A DNA stretch of 64,000 nt from the human T2T-CHM13v2.0 reference genome, Homo sapiens, in NCBI RefSeq assembly GCF_009914755.1, contig NC_060934.1. One strand, given 5' to 3'. The position numbers and the translations under genes were made by a program. The first letter of the stretch is position 1, and each line of letters begins with the position of its first letter. This document shows, in pieces, positions 46,024 to 59,509 of this stretch. The notes beneath the pieces were generated by a model that made no database searches, was not told the origin of the DNA, and saw only the letters and a program-made list of their open reading frames with translations.

Positions 46024-46584
46024 TGTATTAGTCAGGGTTCCCTAGAGGGACAGAACTAATAGGATATATGTATGTATGAAAGGGAGTTTATTCAGGAGAA
46101 TTGACTCATGTGATGACAAGGTAAAATCCCATGATAGGCCATCTGCAAGTTGAAGAGCAAGGAAGCCAGTGGTGGATCAGTCCATGTCCCAAAGCCTCAA
46201 AAATAGAGAAGCCAACAGTGCAGCCTTCAGTCTGTGGCCAAAACCCCGAGAGCCCTGGCAAACCACTGGTATAAGTCCAACAGTCCAAAAGCTGAAGAAC
46301 TTGGAATCTGCTGTTTGAGGGCAGGAAGCATCCAGCATAGGAGAAAGATGAAGGCCAGAAGACTCAGCAAGTCTGCTCTTCCATCTTCTCCTGCCTACTT
46401 TATTCTAGCTATGCTAGCAGCTGATTAGATGGTGCCCACCCAGATTGAGGGTAGTAGGTTTGCCTCTCCCAGTCCACTGACTCAAATGTTAATCTCCTTT
46501 GGCAACACCCTCACAGATACACTGAGGAACAATACTTTGTATCCTTCAATCCAAACAAGTTGACACTCAATATTAACCATCACA
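46024..46584 (-). mobile_element. Complete ERVL solo LTR (MLT2A/B)
   Basis: TGTATTAGTCAGGG...AATATTAACCATCACA; 5-bp TSD GAAGG on both sides. Confidence 0.95.
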
Positions 46585-46605
46585 GAAGGCTTGGATCGTA
46601 GATAC

Positions 46606-46903
46606 TTTTCTTTTTTTTTTAAGACAGAGTCTTGTTCTATTGCCCAAGCTGGAGACCAGTGGTGCAATCATATAGCTCATGGCAGCCTCGAACTCCAGGG
46701 CTCAAGCCATATTTCCATTTCAGCCTCTTGACCTCCTGAGTAGCTGGAACCAGCTAATTAATTTTTTTTTTTTTTTTTTTTTTTTTGTAAAGACGGGGTC
46801 TTGCTGTGTTGATCAGGCTGGTCTTGAACTTCTGGGCTCAAGTGATCCTCCCACCTCGGCCTCCCAGAAAGCTGGGATTACAGGTATGAGCCACTGTACC
46901 TGG
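46606..46903 (-). mobile_element. AluJ
   Basis: Antisense, J-type; flanked by TAGATACTT. Confidence 0.85.
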
Positions 46904-47054
46904 CTCTCTAGATACTTAATAGGTGCAGGATTTAAAGTAAGACATTTAACCTTTATAGGATTTTTTTTTTCTTTTAATCTGTAAAGTAGGCTTAAAGATA
47001 TTTATTTTATTTACATCATTGGGTTGTTGGAAGGATCAAATAAGTTATGTCTTG

Positions 47055-47365
<311 letters not shown>

Positions 47366-48189
47366 AAAGTAATGTGTTGTGAAAATACAAAGTAAATTAT
47401 AGAATAATTATTACTGCATTCTAGAACAACTCCACTGCATGTTGCACACAGCTTTCCCAGCATCCTTTGCCCCTAACCCAGCTCTGACTTTGTTGTAGGA
47501 CCTCTGGCTGCTCTCATGGAGCCAGGGATTAAGAAAGTAGCAGGGACGGTGGGAGATGAAGAAGCTGAACAGCACAATATCAACAGCTCTGTTGCCCCAG
47601 GTTACTAGCTCCACCCTCTGTTAGGTTCATAGCCGGGAAGAACGTTTACTTAGCAATAACAGAAATGTTTCTGAACAATCTTTTCATTAGCTGTAAATTG
47701 TCTCATTCTGATTTCTAAAATTAAGATTCCGGATTGCTATGAAGGCAGGTTCTTACTCTGAAGCAATCATCTTCACTACCGGAAAGAGCTCCATCCACAT
47801 TGTTGAATCATGAAATGAGCTGAGTACCATGGAATTTGATTTACTAAGTATTGCTTGAGACAGGCAGGACTGTACAGGTCATTTAAAGTGGTAACACTGT
47901 ACAAAATATAATGTACCTTTTAATGGGGTGTGGAGGAGAGTGTCTAGTGAGAGAGTTCTCTAGACTTTTCTGGGGCAGAACACAAGCTTTGCATTGATAT
48001 TACAGGCTCATGGTTTATATGCCTGAACATCTAAGAACAGGGTCACCTTAGAAGTGAATTTTCTCATTCCTTTTGAGAGTCCGCAGGATAAGGAGGGGAT
48101 ACTTTAAGGTTAAAATATGTTGATGTGTGCGTGGGCACTCAATAAAATTGATATGAAGACAAACCGGACTAACTTGCTTTGCCACCAAA

Positions 48190-48402
48190 ACTGTTTTTCA
48201 AGAGTGGAGCCATTCACATTTTGAGCTGGATAATTCTTTGTTGTGGGAGCCTGTCCTATGCATTGTATGATATTTAACAGCGTCTCTGGCCTGTCCTCAT
48301 TAGATGCCAGTAGCATTCCCCAAGCTGTGATGATCGAAAATGTCCCCAGACATTGCCAGATGACCCTCGGGAAGCCAAAATGCTCCCAGGTGAAAATCAC
48401 TG
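48190..48402. mobile_element. MER20 (hAT-Charlie)
   Basis: GGATAATTCTTTGTTGTGGG...TGTCCTATGCATTGTA...AATGTCCCCAGACATTGCCA. Confidence 0.88.
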
Positions 48403-48752
48403 CATGAAAATCATTCATTGAATTTATGGTATGAAAATACTCTTTCTACTTCTTGAAATTAATTGTTAGGAAGGAATATGCTTTGCAAATAATCAGTCAA
48501 CAAATTTTAGTTATCACTAATTTTTTTAACAATTATTTGTATGGCACTTTGTAATTTATAAAATATTTCTATATGCCATATTATGGATGAGCAAAAAGGA
48601 AAGGAGTTAATATTTATTATTTACTATATGCTATCTGGTAAGGGACTTGCTTCAAATACATCCTTTCATTTAGGTCTCACAGAATCTCTGCGTGAGAGTT
48701 ATTTTCCCCCATTTTATACAAAAGAAAACAAGCTTAGAAATGTTAAGTAGCT

Positions 48753-49195
48753 GGCTGAGCATGGTGGCTCACACCTGTCGTCCCAACACATTGGGAGGCC
48801 GAGGTGGGCTGATCACTTGAGGTCAGGAGTTCAAGACCAGCCTGGTCAAATGGTGAAACCCTGTCTCTACTAAAAATATTTTTAAAGTTAGCCAGATATG
48901 GTGGTGGGCACCTGTAATCCCAGCACTTTGGGAGGCTGAGGCAAGTGGATCACCTGAGGTCAGGAGTTCGAGACCAGCCTGAGCAACACAGTGAAACCCC
49001 GTCTCTACTAAAAATGGAAAAATTAGCCGGGCATGGTGATGCCTTCCTATAATCCCAGCTACTTGGTGGGGTCTGAGGCAGGAGTATCGCTTGAACCCAG
49101 GAGGCAGAGGCTGCAGTGAGCTGAGATCACACCACTGCACTCCAGCCTAGGAGACAGAGTGAGACCCTGTCTCTAAATAAGTAAATAAATAAATA
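48753..49195 (+). mobile_element. Trimeric (left-left-right) chimeric Alu
   Basis: Left arm, then a right-arm start switching to left-arm CACTTTGGGAGG at ~48924, then the rest of a complete Alu. Confidence 0.85.
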
Positions 49196-51499
49196 CAACA
49201 AAACAGGTGGGTAGCAGGGTAGCTAAGGTAGCAGATGTTACCAAGGGTCTGAATCAATGGATGGGGTTTTCACTGCAGTCACATAAACAAATTTGAAATT
49301 AAATAATTGATTTCTCTTTTCTTAAGAGTCTTGTAACCATTGCATCTTCAGAATGCATTCCCAGTCTGTATGGGCATCTTTTCCCAAGCTGCAATATGCC
49401 ATCACATAGCCTAAGCAATCCTCTCTCTCAGGTATCTCCTCTTATTCCCTGATTCCCCAGGTCCCTTCACCTTTAGCTTTCTCCTAAATTAGAATCTGTT
49501 TAATTACAGGACAGAGCAATGAGCTCTCTGCTTCTTCCTCATGTTGAGGTCTGTTCACCTTCTGCATGTTTGAAAACACATTCATCATTTTGCTAAACAA
49601 AAGACCACCTGTTCACCCCTGGGTAGCACTGAAGAACCAGCAAACACTTTGCAATTTCCATCTTTCTTCTGTAACCCTTTCCCTGTGTAACTCCTCCCAA
49701 GCTCTGTAAGTGGAAGAATTCAATGTGGACATTTATTTTCCCATTGATAAGAATTATCTAGCCATCCTCCATACACATGCTGAAAGGAAGCAGTGGTTAG
49801 TCAGTTTTTAATATTTGTCATATACTGTACTGAAGTATAAAATACATATTGAAAAGTACACAATTCATAAGTGTACATACCTATTTTTATAAACTGAACA
49901 TACCCGTGTCTCCAGCATCCAGAACAAGAAACAGAACAGTACAAGCATTCCAGAACCCTCTGTTCCTTCTACCCGTCAGTGTAATATTTTCTAATGACAA
50001 AGAGTTTGTATATGCCAGCCTTTGCTCTCTAACCAACAACTTTGCAATGAGTGGTTTTATTACTGTGTTGTATCTAGTCAGAAATGCCTACATGAGGCAC
50101 AATTGCTTATATTAGTTTGTATACAAGTCATTGAAAATGCAGTGATTGTGTTAATCTTGTGGTTTAAGGGTTCACAAGGGAAAGAGAGCAACTTCATAGC
50201 TCCTTGTCCTGGGATTCTTCAGAGTCCATCAGTCATTCATAGGTAGGGCTCTCTCCTTATCACCTGAGAACTCCTGATTTTCCTTGGGTTCCATGGATAT
50301 GATTTATTCTAGTAAGTGATGCCAGCTCTGCCAGCAGAGCTCACACTAACTGCATGTGATACTTATTGCTCCCAGAGTCACCAACACCACCATTTTATAC
50401 TGTAGTTGTTCCTGTATATATGGGACCCAAAGTCGTGGAATTCTCTACCTAATGGATCTCATCTCTGGCAGCATGTTAGAATTATCTGAATAATTTTTTT
50501 AAAGCTCATGCCCCACCCTGACCTAAGGCATGGGACTTTCTTGAGGGATGGCATCCAACATCAACAGCTTTAAGTTCCAGGTGTTTCTAAAGTGTGACTC
50601 AGGTTGAAAAGCAGTGCAACTTCTCACCCTCTCCGTGAAGCTCCCTTCCATCTCAGTGTTAGACATATCAGCAACTCTGAGAGAACTACATTATCAAGAT
50701 GATCAAATTTAGCTCAAGCTTGATTCTCTACCTCTTAAACATTGGATAGGGCATCATTTTTTTTTTCACATTAAGAGACTATCCTTAAGTTGTTAGAAAC
50801 TGGCAGAACCCTCCTATTATATCCCAATTTACTTCTGTTGAGCACTGGGCAGGAATGATCAGATCACCTTGGATGGAGATCTGATCATTAGAATCCACTC
50901 CCAGGATAAGCCCAGTCTTCTCTAGCACTAAATTGTGCCTTCTTTGGGTCATCTTTGCTAGAAGAAAAAATATACTTTCTGATAAACCTCTTACCTTTAA
51001 GCCCTGGCTTTGAACCCAGGTTCTCAAGTCAGCCCTTCATAGTACAACCCCTGGGGGAATCACTGTTATTGATGTAACTATTATCTATGGGACTGGCTAA
51101 ATTAATGATAATGATAATAACCATTATCTATTAAAAATGTGCTAGTTTCTAGACATTATGTATTTATTGTGTTAAATAATGCAGTCGACCCTTAAAGGTA
51201 GGTATAATTCATTCCATTTTACAAGTGAAGAAATCGAGGCTCAAAAACCAGAATGACTTGCCTCAAGATCGTACAGACAGCAAATGACTGAATGAAGCTT
51301 TGAAATTAAGTCTGTCTGATTAGATGCTGCTAATAAACAAAGCTGATATTTAATAAACAAAGCTGATATTTCATGTCTCCCATCTAAGGCAAAGTCATTA
51401 ACTCTTCTTAAATGTTTGGTGCTCTTATCCCAACCCTAGATTCCCCAAGTCTTCCCCAGTTACAACGCAGCTCAGGGCTGTCCTCCTCCTTCGAAAGTA

Positions 51500-51790
<291 letters not shown>

Positions 51791-52129
51791 TTATCTATTG
51801 TTCTCCACTCAGGGCCCTGTCTTCTTTTAGGAGATAGCTGCCTATCTCCTAAATAGCAACAGTTCTATGCTCTGTGTAAAATCTGATGAGTTCATCTTTG
51901 GTTCTTCCTGGATAGTACCTTCACTTTATGAGAGTTTTCCAAATACAATGCCTCAGCCAGGATTGACTCTAATGTTAGGGATTTTAGGCTCCTTGAAGGG
52001 AGAATAATACTGGGAGCTTTTAGAGATTTTCTGAATGTGCCAGTCAGCACTCTTTGGTTGGCAAGTAAGGGGAACCCAAATGTAATCTGGCTTAAAGGAA
52101 AAGAGAGTATACTGGCAAAACATTGGAAA

Positions 52130-52658
52130 TGTAGGGGAGGAAGAAAACCTTAATTTTCTTTATCTTCCTACGTTTTCTAACTGGGGACCTGTGAATTAGA
52201 CTGATAAAAGACAGATGACCAAGAGGAAAACATAGTTTATTACCATATGCAGCGTGCAAACACGCAAGAGAAACCCAGTGATAAGTAACCAAAGGGGTGT
52301 TTAGAATCTGGGGTTATATAACATCTTAACAAAGGACAATAAATTTATGGAGAAAACAAAGGAAGAGGCTTTAGGCTTTCAAGGTCTGAAAATTATGGGA
52401 AGGTAAATATATGGGAGAAGCAAATGGAACAGGATTTGTTTGTGAAGGTCTGTCTTGACACCCACTTTCGATCTTCTTCATGGCCGTAAAACTTCTCCAG
52501 GAAAGGGGACTTATGGCAATCTTCATTTCTGAAAAGCTTCTGCTTTTAGCTCTGGGAAGGATTCTTTCTGCATCTGTTGGATCTCAAATGCTTTTGGTTC
52601 AAAATAATCCATATGCCAAAGTGGCATATTTTGGGGTTGCATATTTTGATCCCCTACA
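52130..52658 (-). mobile_element. ERV1 solo LTR (MER34 family)
   Basis: Minus strand starts TGTAGGGGATCAAAATATGCAACCCCAAAATATGCCACTTTGGCATA; 4-bp TSD GAAA. Confidence 0.85.
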
Positions 52659-52723
52659 GAAACACCAGAGAGTGAAAGAACTGATGAACACACAGCTTTA
52701 TGGAATATAGAATACAGCACTTT

Positions 52724-53432
52724 ATTTTTATTATTTTTATTTTTTTATTTTTAAATTTTTTTATTTCCACAGGTTATTGGGGAACAAGTCGTGTTTGGTT
52801 ACATGAGCAAGTTCTTTAGTGGTGATTTGTGAGATTTTGGTGAACCCATCACCTGAGCAGTATACATTGCACCCTATTTGTAGTATTTTATTCCTCACCC
52901 CCTTCTCTTCTTTCCCCCTGAGTCCCCAAAGTCATTCTTATGGCTTTATATCCTCATAGCTTAGCTGTCACTTATGAGTGATAACATATGATGTTTGATT
53001 TTCCATTCCTGAGTTACTTCACTTGGAATAATAGTTTCCAATCTCATCCAGGTCGCTGTGAATGCCATTAATTCATTCGTTTTTATGGCTGAGTAGTATT
53101 CTATCATATATATATGCCACAGTTTCCTTATCCACTAGTTGATTGATGGGCACTTGGGTTGGTTCCACATTTTTGCAATTGCAAATTGTCCTGCTATAAA
53201 CGTGTGTGCAAGTATCTTTTTCGTATAATGATTTCTTTTTCTCTGGGTGGATACCCAGTAGTGGGATTGTGGGATCAAATGGCAGTTCTACTTTTAGTTC
53301 TTTAAGGAATCTCCACACTGATTTCCATAGTGGTTGTACTAGTTTACATTCCCATGAGCAGTGTAGAAGTGTCCCCTCTTTACCACATCCATGCCAACAT
53401 CTACTACTTTTTGATTTTTTTTTATTATGGCC
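52724..53432 (-). mobile_element. 5'-truncated L1PB (L1PB1-like)
   Basis: GTTCTTTAGTGGTGATTTGTGAGATTTTGGTG 3'UTR; TSD ATAGAATA(C/T)AGCACTTT at 52707-52723 and 53433-53449. Confidence 0.92.
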
Positions 53433-53661
53433 ATAGAATATAGCACTTTAAATGAACTACAGCTACATCTCTTAACATAGTTAAACCCCCAAAACATAGG
53501 TAAACCCCCTGGATGAAAAAGACAAGTTGCAGAAGTATTTGTATAATTTGATAAAATAATAATATATAAAATTCTGTAAGTTTGAGGATGCATAAATATG
53601 TAGGTAAAAATATAGCATAATGTATGGGCATGACAAACACTGAATTTATGACAGTAATTAT

Positions 53662-54003
53662 TGTATTAGTCCGTTTTCACACTGCTGATAAAGACATACC
53701 CAAGACTGAGAAGAAAAAGAGGTTTAATTGGACTTACAGTTCCACATAGCTGGGGAGACCTCAGAATCATGGTGAGAGGCTGCCATCTAGGCAGCAAGAG
53801 AAAATGAGGGAGAAGCAAAAGTGGAAACTCCTGGTAAACCCATCAGATCTTGTGAGACTTATTCACTGTCATGAAAATAACATGGGAAAGACTTGCCCCC
53901 ATGATTCAATTACCTCCCCCGGGGTCCCTCCCATAACACATTGGAATTCTGGGAGATACAATTCAAGTTGAGATTTGAAGGGGGACACAGCCAAACCATA
54001 TCA
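53662..54003 (-). mobile_element. MaLR solo LTR (THE1C-like)
   Basis: TGTATTAGTCCGTTTTCACACTGCTGATAAAGAC...GCCAAACCATATCA. Confidence 0.92.
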
Positions 54004-55679
54004 ATTTTCATATCATATCATGTTTTCCTCTGGGTGAGAGGAAAATAATAGATTGGATCAGGGAGGAGCACACAGGGGGGTCTTGAACTTGTCTTTAATG
54101 TTTAGTGCTTCACATTAATAACATAATGTTTGATGCTTAATACGTTTGATAAAACTGGTTATTCATATTCTCTATAGATGTATATGTTTAAAATATTTCA
54201 TAATTTTCTTTAAAAAGGGAATCCACTGGTCATGTCACAGAAAGATCTATGAGTATCTGGCTGTGAGTCTGACTCAATCCAGAGGATCCAGTTGTGGTGT
54301 CAGGAGCTGTCTCCAGCTTTTGGAGTTACTTTCTTTTCTCTAGGTGCTATTCTTATTTAGGTTCTTCATTTTCAGCAGCTAGAGGGCTCCTAATACCTCC
54401 AGGGCCCTATCTTAACCTGTTGGCATCTCTTGCAAAATGGACTTCTCTTTTCTCAAAGTTTTTGCAAGGGTCCCAGAATTTCACCCCATTGAGTAATGTA
54501 CCCATCCTTGAATTACTTCATTTTCACACGGGGAGTGAGCTGATAGGGCTGGACCTTTTTAATGGGCACCCTCTGGAATTGGTGAGATAGGAGATCAGCT
54601 TCTTTCAAAGGACATTAAGCGAGAGGTTTCCCAAGGAAAAAGGAGTGTGTTAACTGAACCAGGAGAAACAGATCTGGGATAATAAGAAACAACAGATATC
54701 TAGTCTTACATAAAGAATTGCGTATACACTATATCAATGATTATCTTAGAACAGTGCCTGCTGTGCTTTCCCATATCTAAGTGACAGTAAGTTAAAGGGA
54801 AATATGAATTGGTTTCACTTGGGAATATGTCTACATATGCAAACTCATTATTGAAATGTCAGAAAATATAATTGAACAGTATATAAAGGAATAACTTACC
54901 AAATGAATCTTAGGACAAAATAATATAACAAAATCTATTACAAAATCCAACATAATACATTGCGTTAATAAGCTATGAGAAATGACAAACCATAGGTGAA
55001 GCTCTACAGATATTCCCATTAAAATTAGGAATAGAAAAAAGTGATGCATGTTATTGTCACTATTATTTTATTTTTTCTAAAATGGTAGTCAATGCATTAA
55101 AATAAAAGGCAGATACAAAAAGTATAGTAAACAGAAAGTGGGAGAATTGTCCTATCAACAAAAGATCAAAACTAACAGACATGGACAGATTCAGTTCAGT
55201 TTATCATCAAGGAGAACCTAATCTAAAAGACAAGGACACAAGCATGCTTTGGAACAGGAGCAGTGGGAGTATTAGACACAGAGCCAGGTTGTTCTAAGAA
55301 TTATCCCAAAACTAGAGAAAAAGAACAGGACACAGCCCCCAGGCAATGGGACTGGCAGGAATGAGGCCGGAAGCAGAATCCAGCCAGCTGGCCTGATTCA
55401 TAGAGCAGATTCCAGCCAGCTGGCACTGTGAGTAGAGAAGCTCTGACTCTCCAAGTGCTGTAGGTAGGACAGTTAGGTAGGGGCCTAGACTTTCCATGGT
55501 GTGTATTTGCCAGCACCTACTTGTGCCCTGGAGCTATAGGCATACTAGCCATGAGTACCCTTACATGAGAAGAGCAGGGCAAGAGATTTTGATATGGTGC
55601 TGGACTGGCTTATTGTTGGTTTGGTGGAGGGAGAGGCAGCCTATTCCTAAATGGATACTTCTTTGACAATATAATTGGG

Positions 55680-56219
55680 TTGATGGCAGAGGGCAGATGG
55701 CCACAGTATTACAGCCTTCTTTTTACCTGTGTTTGTTGGGTCCCGAGTTCTTGTCCCACATCCAAGAAGAATGAGGCTACTTTGACAATCGAAGGGTGAG
55801 GAGGGTGGAGAAGAATTTTATTGAGCAACGAAACAGCTCTCAGCAGATGGGGGATGTGAGGGTGATCCTTCACCTGAAGTTTGGTGGTCTGTCTCTCAGT
55901 GTGGCTGGGTCTGGGGCTTTTATGGGCTCAGAATGGGGAGTGCGTGCTGATTGGTTTGTGAGTATGAAAAAAAAAAAAGGCTAAAACAAAGGCACCACTC
56001 AAAGGTGGGCACAACAGTTCAGAAAACCAATTAGGAAAGGGTAGGTATATGTAAAATAGGTGAAGGGCGGGAATCAATCAGAGGAAAGCACACCAAATGG
56101 GAAAAGAGGTTCTCAATCCAGTCCAAGGATTTACCCAGGACTGTCTTTGGCTTGAAGGTTGGGTTTCACTGGGACCCGCTCCTGTCTGCCATAGATTTGT
56201 CTGCCTCCTGCCTCTATCA
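55680..56219 (-). mobile_element. ERV1 LTR (MER52/LTR27/LTR29 group)
   Basis: Minus strand begins TGATAGAGGCAGGAGGCAGACAAAT...GGGTCCCAGTGAAACCCAACCTTCAAGCC; left boundary uncertain. Confidence 0.7.
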
Positions 56220-56619
56220 TGACCGTGGACATGGGCTCAGTTATGAACATTCATGGCATAGCAGGGGTAACTATCCTGGACTAATTACCAAGCTCACACA
56301 GTTGGGTCTGATCCTATCCAGCATACCAAAGATGACTGCTCTTATGCCAAATTGGCCATTGGGTAGTGCATACATTGGATATATCCAATAGCCCTGCAAA
56401 ATTGTTGAAAATTGAAGAAGGTAGTTTGAAATTTGTTTCCTCATTCCTTGCTTAAACAAAATGTAAACAGTCTACATAGGATTTAGATAAGATTCAAAGT
56501 CTCATAACATAATATGTAAACTGTTCAAAATCCAAAATTATTCAGTTTACAAAGAATCAGGGACAACTCAAAAAGACAATAAGCAGATTCCAGTGCTGAG
56601 ATGATGCAGATTTTGAAAT

Positions 56620-59368
56620 ATCAAAGAACAAAAGTAGGACAAATTTAAAGATTTCAGTTAGCTTCATTGCAATTACAGAATAGGGCAAAACTTCATTCCA
56701 CAAAACAGAATAAGTGTTCTGATGAGCTGAGCAGAAGAGTTTGGCTTTATAGACAGAGAAGAGCTGCAGAAAGCAGAAGCAAAGAACAAAGAGCATATTA
56801 GTCGTTTCAAAGCTATTTTTTTTCTTGTAAGGCTGGGTCAGGGAGAAAGAACAATAGAAAAAAACTGATTAGTTAATATCAGGTTGCTTCAGGCTACTTT
56901 GCGTGTGTTTTAAATTTTTTTATTGATATATAATATTCATATGTATTTATTGGGTATACGTAATATTTTGTTACATGCATAGAATGTGTAATAATTGAAT
57001 TAGGGTATTTCAGGTATCCATCATTTTGAGTAATTATCATTTCTGTATTTTGAGAACATTTCAAATTGTCTCTTCTAGCTATTTTGAAATATATGATACA
57101 CTGTTGTTAACTGTACTCACCTTACTCCACTATTGATCATTAGACCTTATTCCTTCTATCTAAATGTATGTTTGTTCCATTAACCAATCTGCATTCACTC
57201 CCTTACTCCCAGCACATAGCCTTCCATGCCTCTGGTATCTATCATTCTACACTGCCTCCTTGGGATCAACTTTTTTAGCTCCCGCATATGGGTGAGAACA
57301 TTCAATATTTGTCTTTCTGTGCCTGGTGTATTTCACTTAACATAATGATGTCCAGTTCCATCCACGTTGCTGAAAATGACAGGATTTCATTCTTTTTTAT
57401 GGCTTGTAATATTCTATTGTGTACATGTACCACGTTTCTTTATTCATTTATCTGTTGATGGACACAGGTTGATTCTGTATCTTTGCTATTGTGAATAGTG
57501 CTGCAATAAATACAAGAGTGAAGGCATCCCTTTGATATACTGATTTCTTTTCCTCTGAATAAATACCCAGTAGTGGGATTGCAGGAGCATAAAGAAGTTC
57601 AATTTTTAGTTTTTCCACTCAAAAACTCTGAGATCTGATTTTAAAAAATTCACTAAAGTTACAGGTCAAAAAATCAACATATACAAATCAGTAGCATTTC
57701 TACACACCAATTATGAACTAGCTAAGAAAGCAGTCAAGAAAACAAACTCATTTCTAATAGCTACAGAATAAAACAAAATAAAATAAAATACCCAGGAATA
57801 GATTTAACCAAGGAAGTGAAAGAGCTCTAAAGACAAACTGCAAAACACCAATGAAAGAAATTGAAGAGGACACAAACAAGACATCCCATGCTCATGGGAT
57901 CCATCTTGAGTTGATTTTTGTATATGGCGAGAGAAGGGTCCAGTTTCATTACTCTGCATATGGATATACAATTTTCCTAGCACCATTTATTGAAGAGGAT
58001 GTCTTTTCCATAATGTATGTTTATTTTATTTTATTCTGTAGCCATCTACAGATTCAATGCATTCCCTATCAAAATACCCATATCATTTTTCACAGAAATA
58101 AAAAAAATCTTAAAGTTCATGTGAAGATAAAAAAGAGCCTGAATAGCCAAAGCTTTCTTGAGCAAAAAGAACAAAGCTAGAAGCACACTACCTGATTTCA
58201 AAATATATTATAAGGTTATAGCAACCAAAACAGCATGGTATTGGTATAAAAACAGACACTTAGACCAATGGAACAAAATAGAGAACCCAGAAATAAATCC
58301 ATGTATTTACAGCCAAACTGAATTTTAACGTAAGTACCAAGAACATACATTATGGAAAAGACACCCTCTTCAATAAATAGTGCTAGGAAAATTGTATATC
58401 CACATGCAGAGGAATGAAACTGGACCCATCTCTCACCATACACATAAATCAACTCAAGATGAATTAAAGACTAATGCAAGACCCAAAACTATAAAACTAC
58501 TAGAAGAAAACATGGGAGAAATATTGCAGGACACTGGTGTAGGGAAAGATATTATGGCTAAGACCTCAAAAGCACAGGCAAAAAACCAAAAATAAACAAA
58601 TAGGATAATATTAAACTAAAAAGTTTCTGCATAGCAAAGGAAACAATCAACAGAGTGAAGAAACAACCTGTTGAGTGGAAGAAAATATTTACAAACTACT
58701 CATCCCATGAGGGACTAACATCCAGAATGTACAAGGAACTCAAACAACTCAATAGTAAAAAAACCAAATAATCACCTTAAGAAGTGGGAAAAAGACATGA
58801 ATATTTCTCTAAAGAAGGCATACAAATGACCAACAGGTACATGAAAAAATGCTCAACATCACAAATCATTAGGGAAATGTAAATCAAAACCACAATGAGA
58901 TATTATCTTACCCCAATTAAATGGCTATTATTAAGACACACACACACACACACACAAACCCAGCAACAACAAAACCCAGATACTGGCAAGGATGTGGAGA
59001 AAAGGGAAACTGGCAAGGATGTGGTGAAGAAAAGGGAACTCTTATTGTTGGTGGGAACATAAATTAGCACAGCCACTTTGTGGACACAGATATTGTCCAC
59101 AAAAACACCATCGAGATTTCTTAGGCTGCTTCTTTTGTGTAAGGATTTAAGTAGAGGAAACTTCATTATCATATGGATTGAAGGTTGGATTGAAGATTGC
59201 TGTTATGTCTCTTGCGATTTCTCTGAAGGTCAGATAACAACTTAGTCTGGGTTTGGTGACATGAAACTGTAGCATGGATGTCTCCATTTTGATTTTTAGT
59301 TTGGTCTTTTGGGGCCTAGAGCAAGAGCTTAGTTCAAAAAAGTGATCTCCTATAATTTTTATTTAACA
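56620..59368 (-). mobile_element. ERV1 LTR (MER31/MER67 group) split by the L1MA insertion
   Basis: Minus strand begins TGTTAAATAAAAATTATAGGAG...CTAAGCTCTTGCTCTAGGCCCC at 59368; halves ~56620-56900 and ~59122-59368. Confidence 0.65.
56905..59122. mobile_element. L1MA with 5' inversion (twin-primed)
   Basis: Antisense 3' end ~56905-57613 followed by sense ORF2 ~57615-59122; L1 sequence is continuous across GAGATTTCTT (end of sense piece) / AAAAACTAAAAAT (start of antisense piece). Confidence 0.85.
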
Positions 59369-59509
59369 GAAATTATTGCTATGTATGGTGGCAGATGCCT
59401 GTAGTCTCAGCTACCCTGGAGGCTGAGGCAGGAGGATTGCTTGCACCCAGGAGTTTGAGGCTGTAATGTGCGATAATCATGCCTGTGAATAGCTATTGTA
59501 CTCTAGCCA

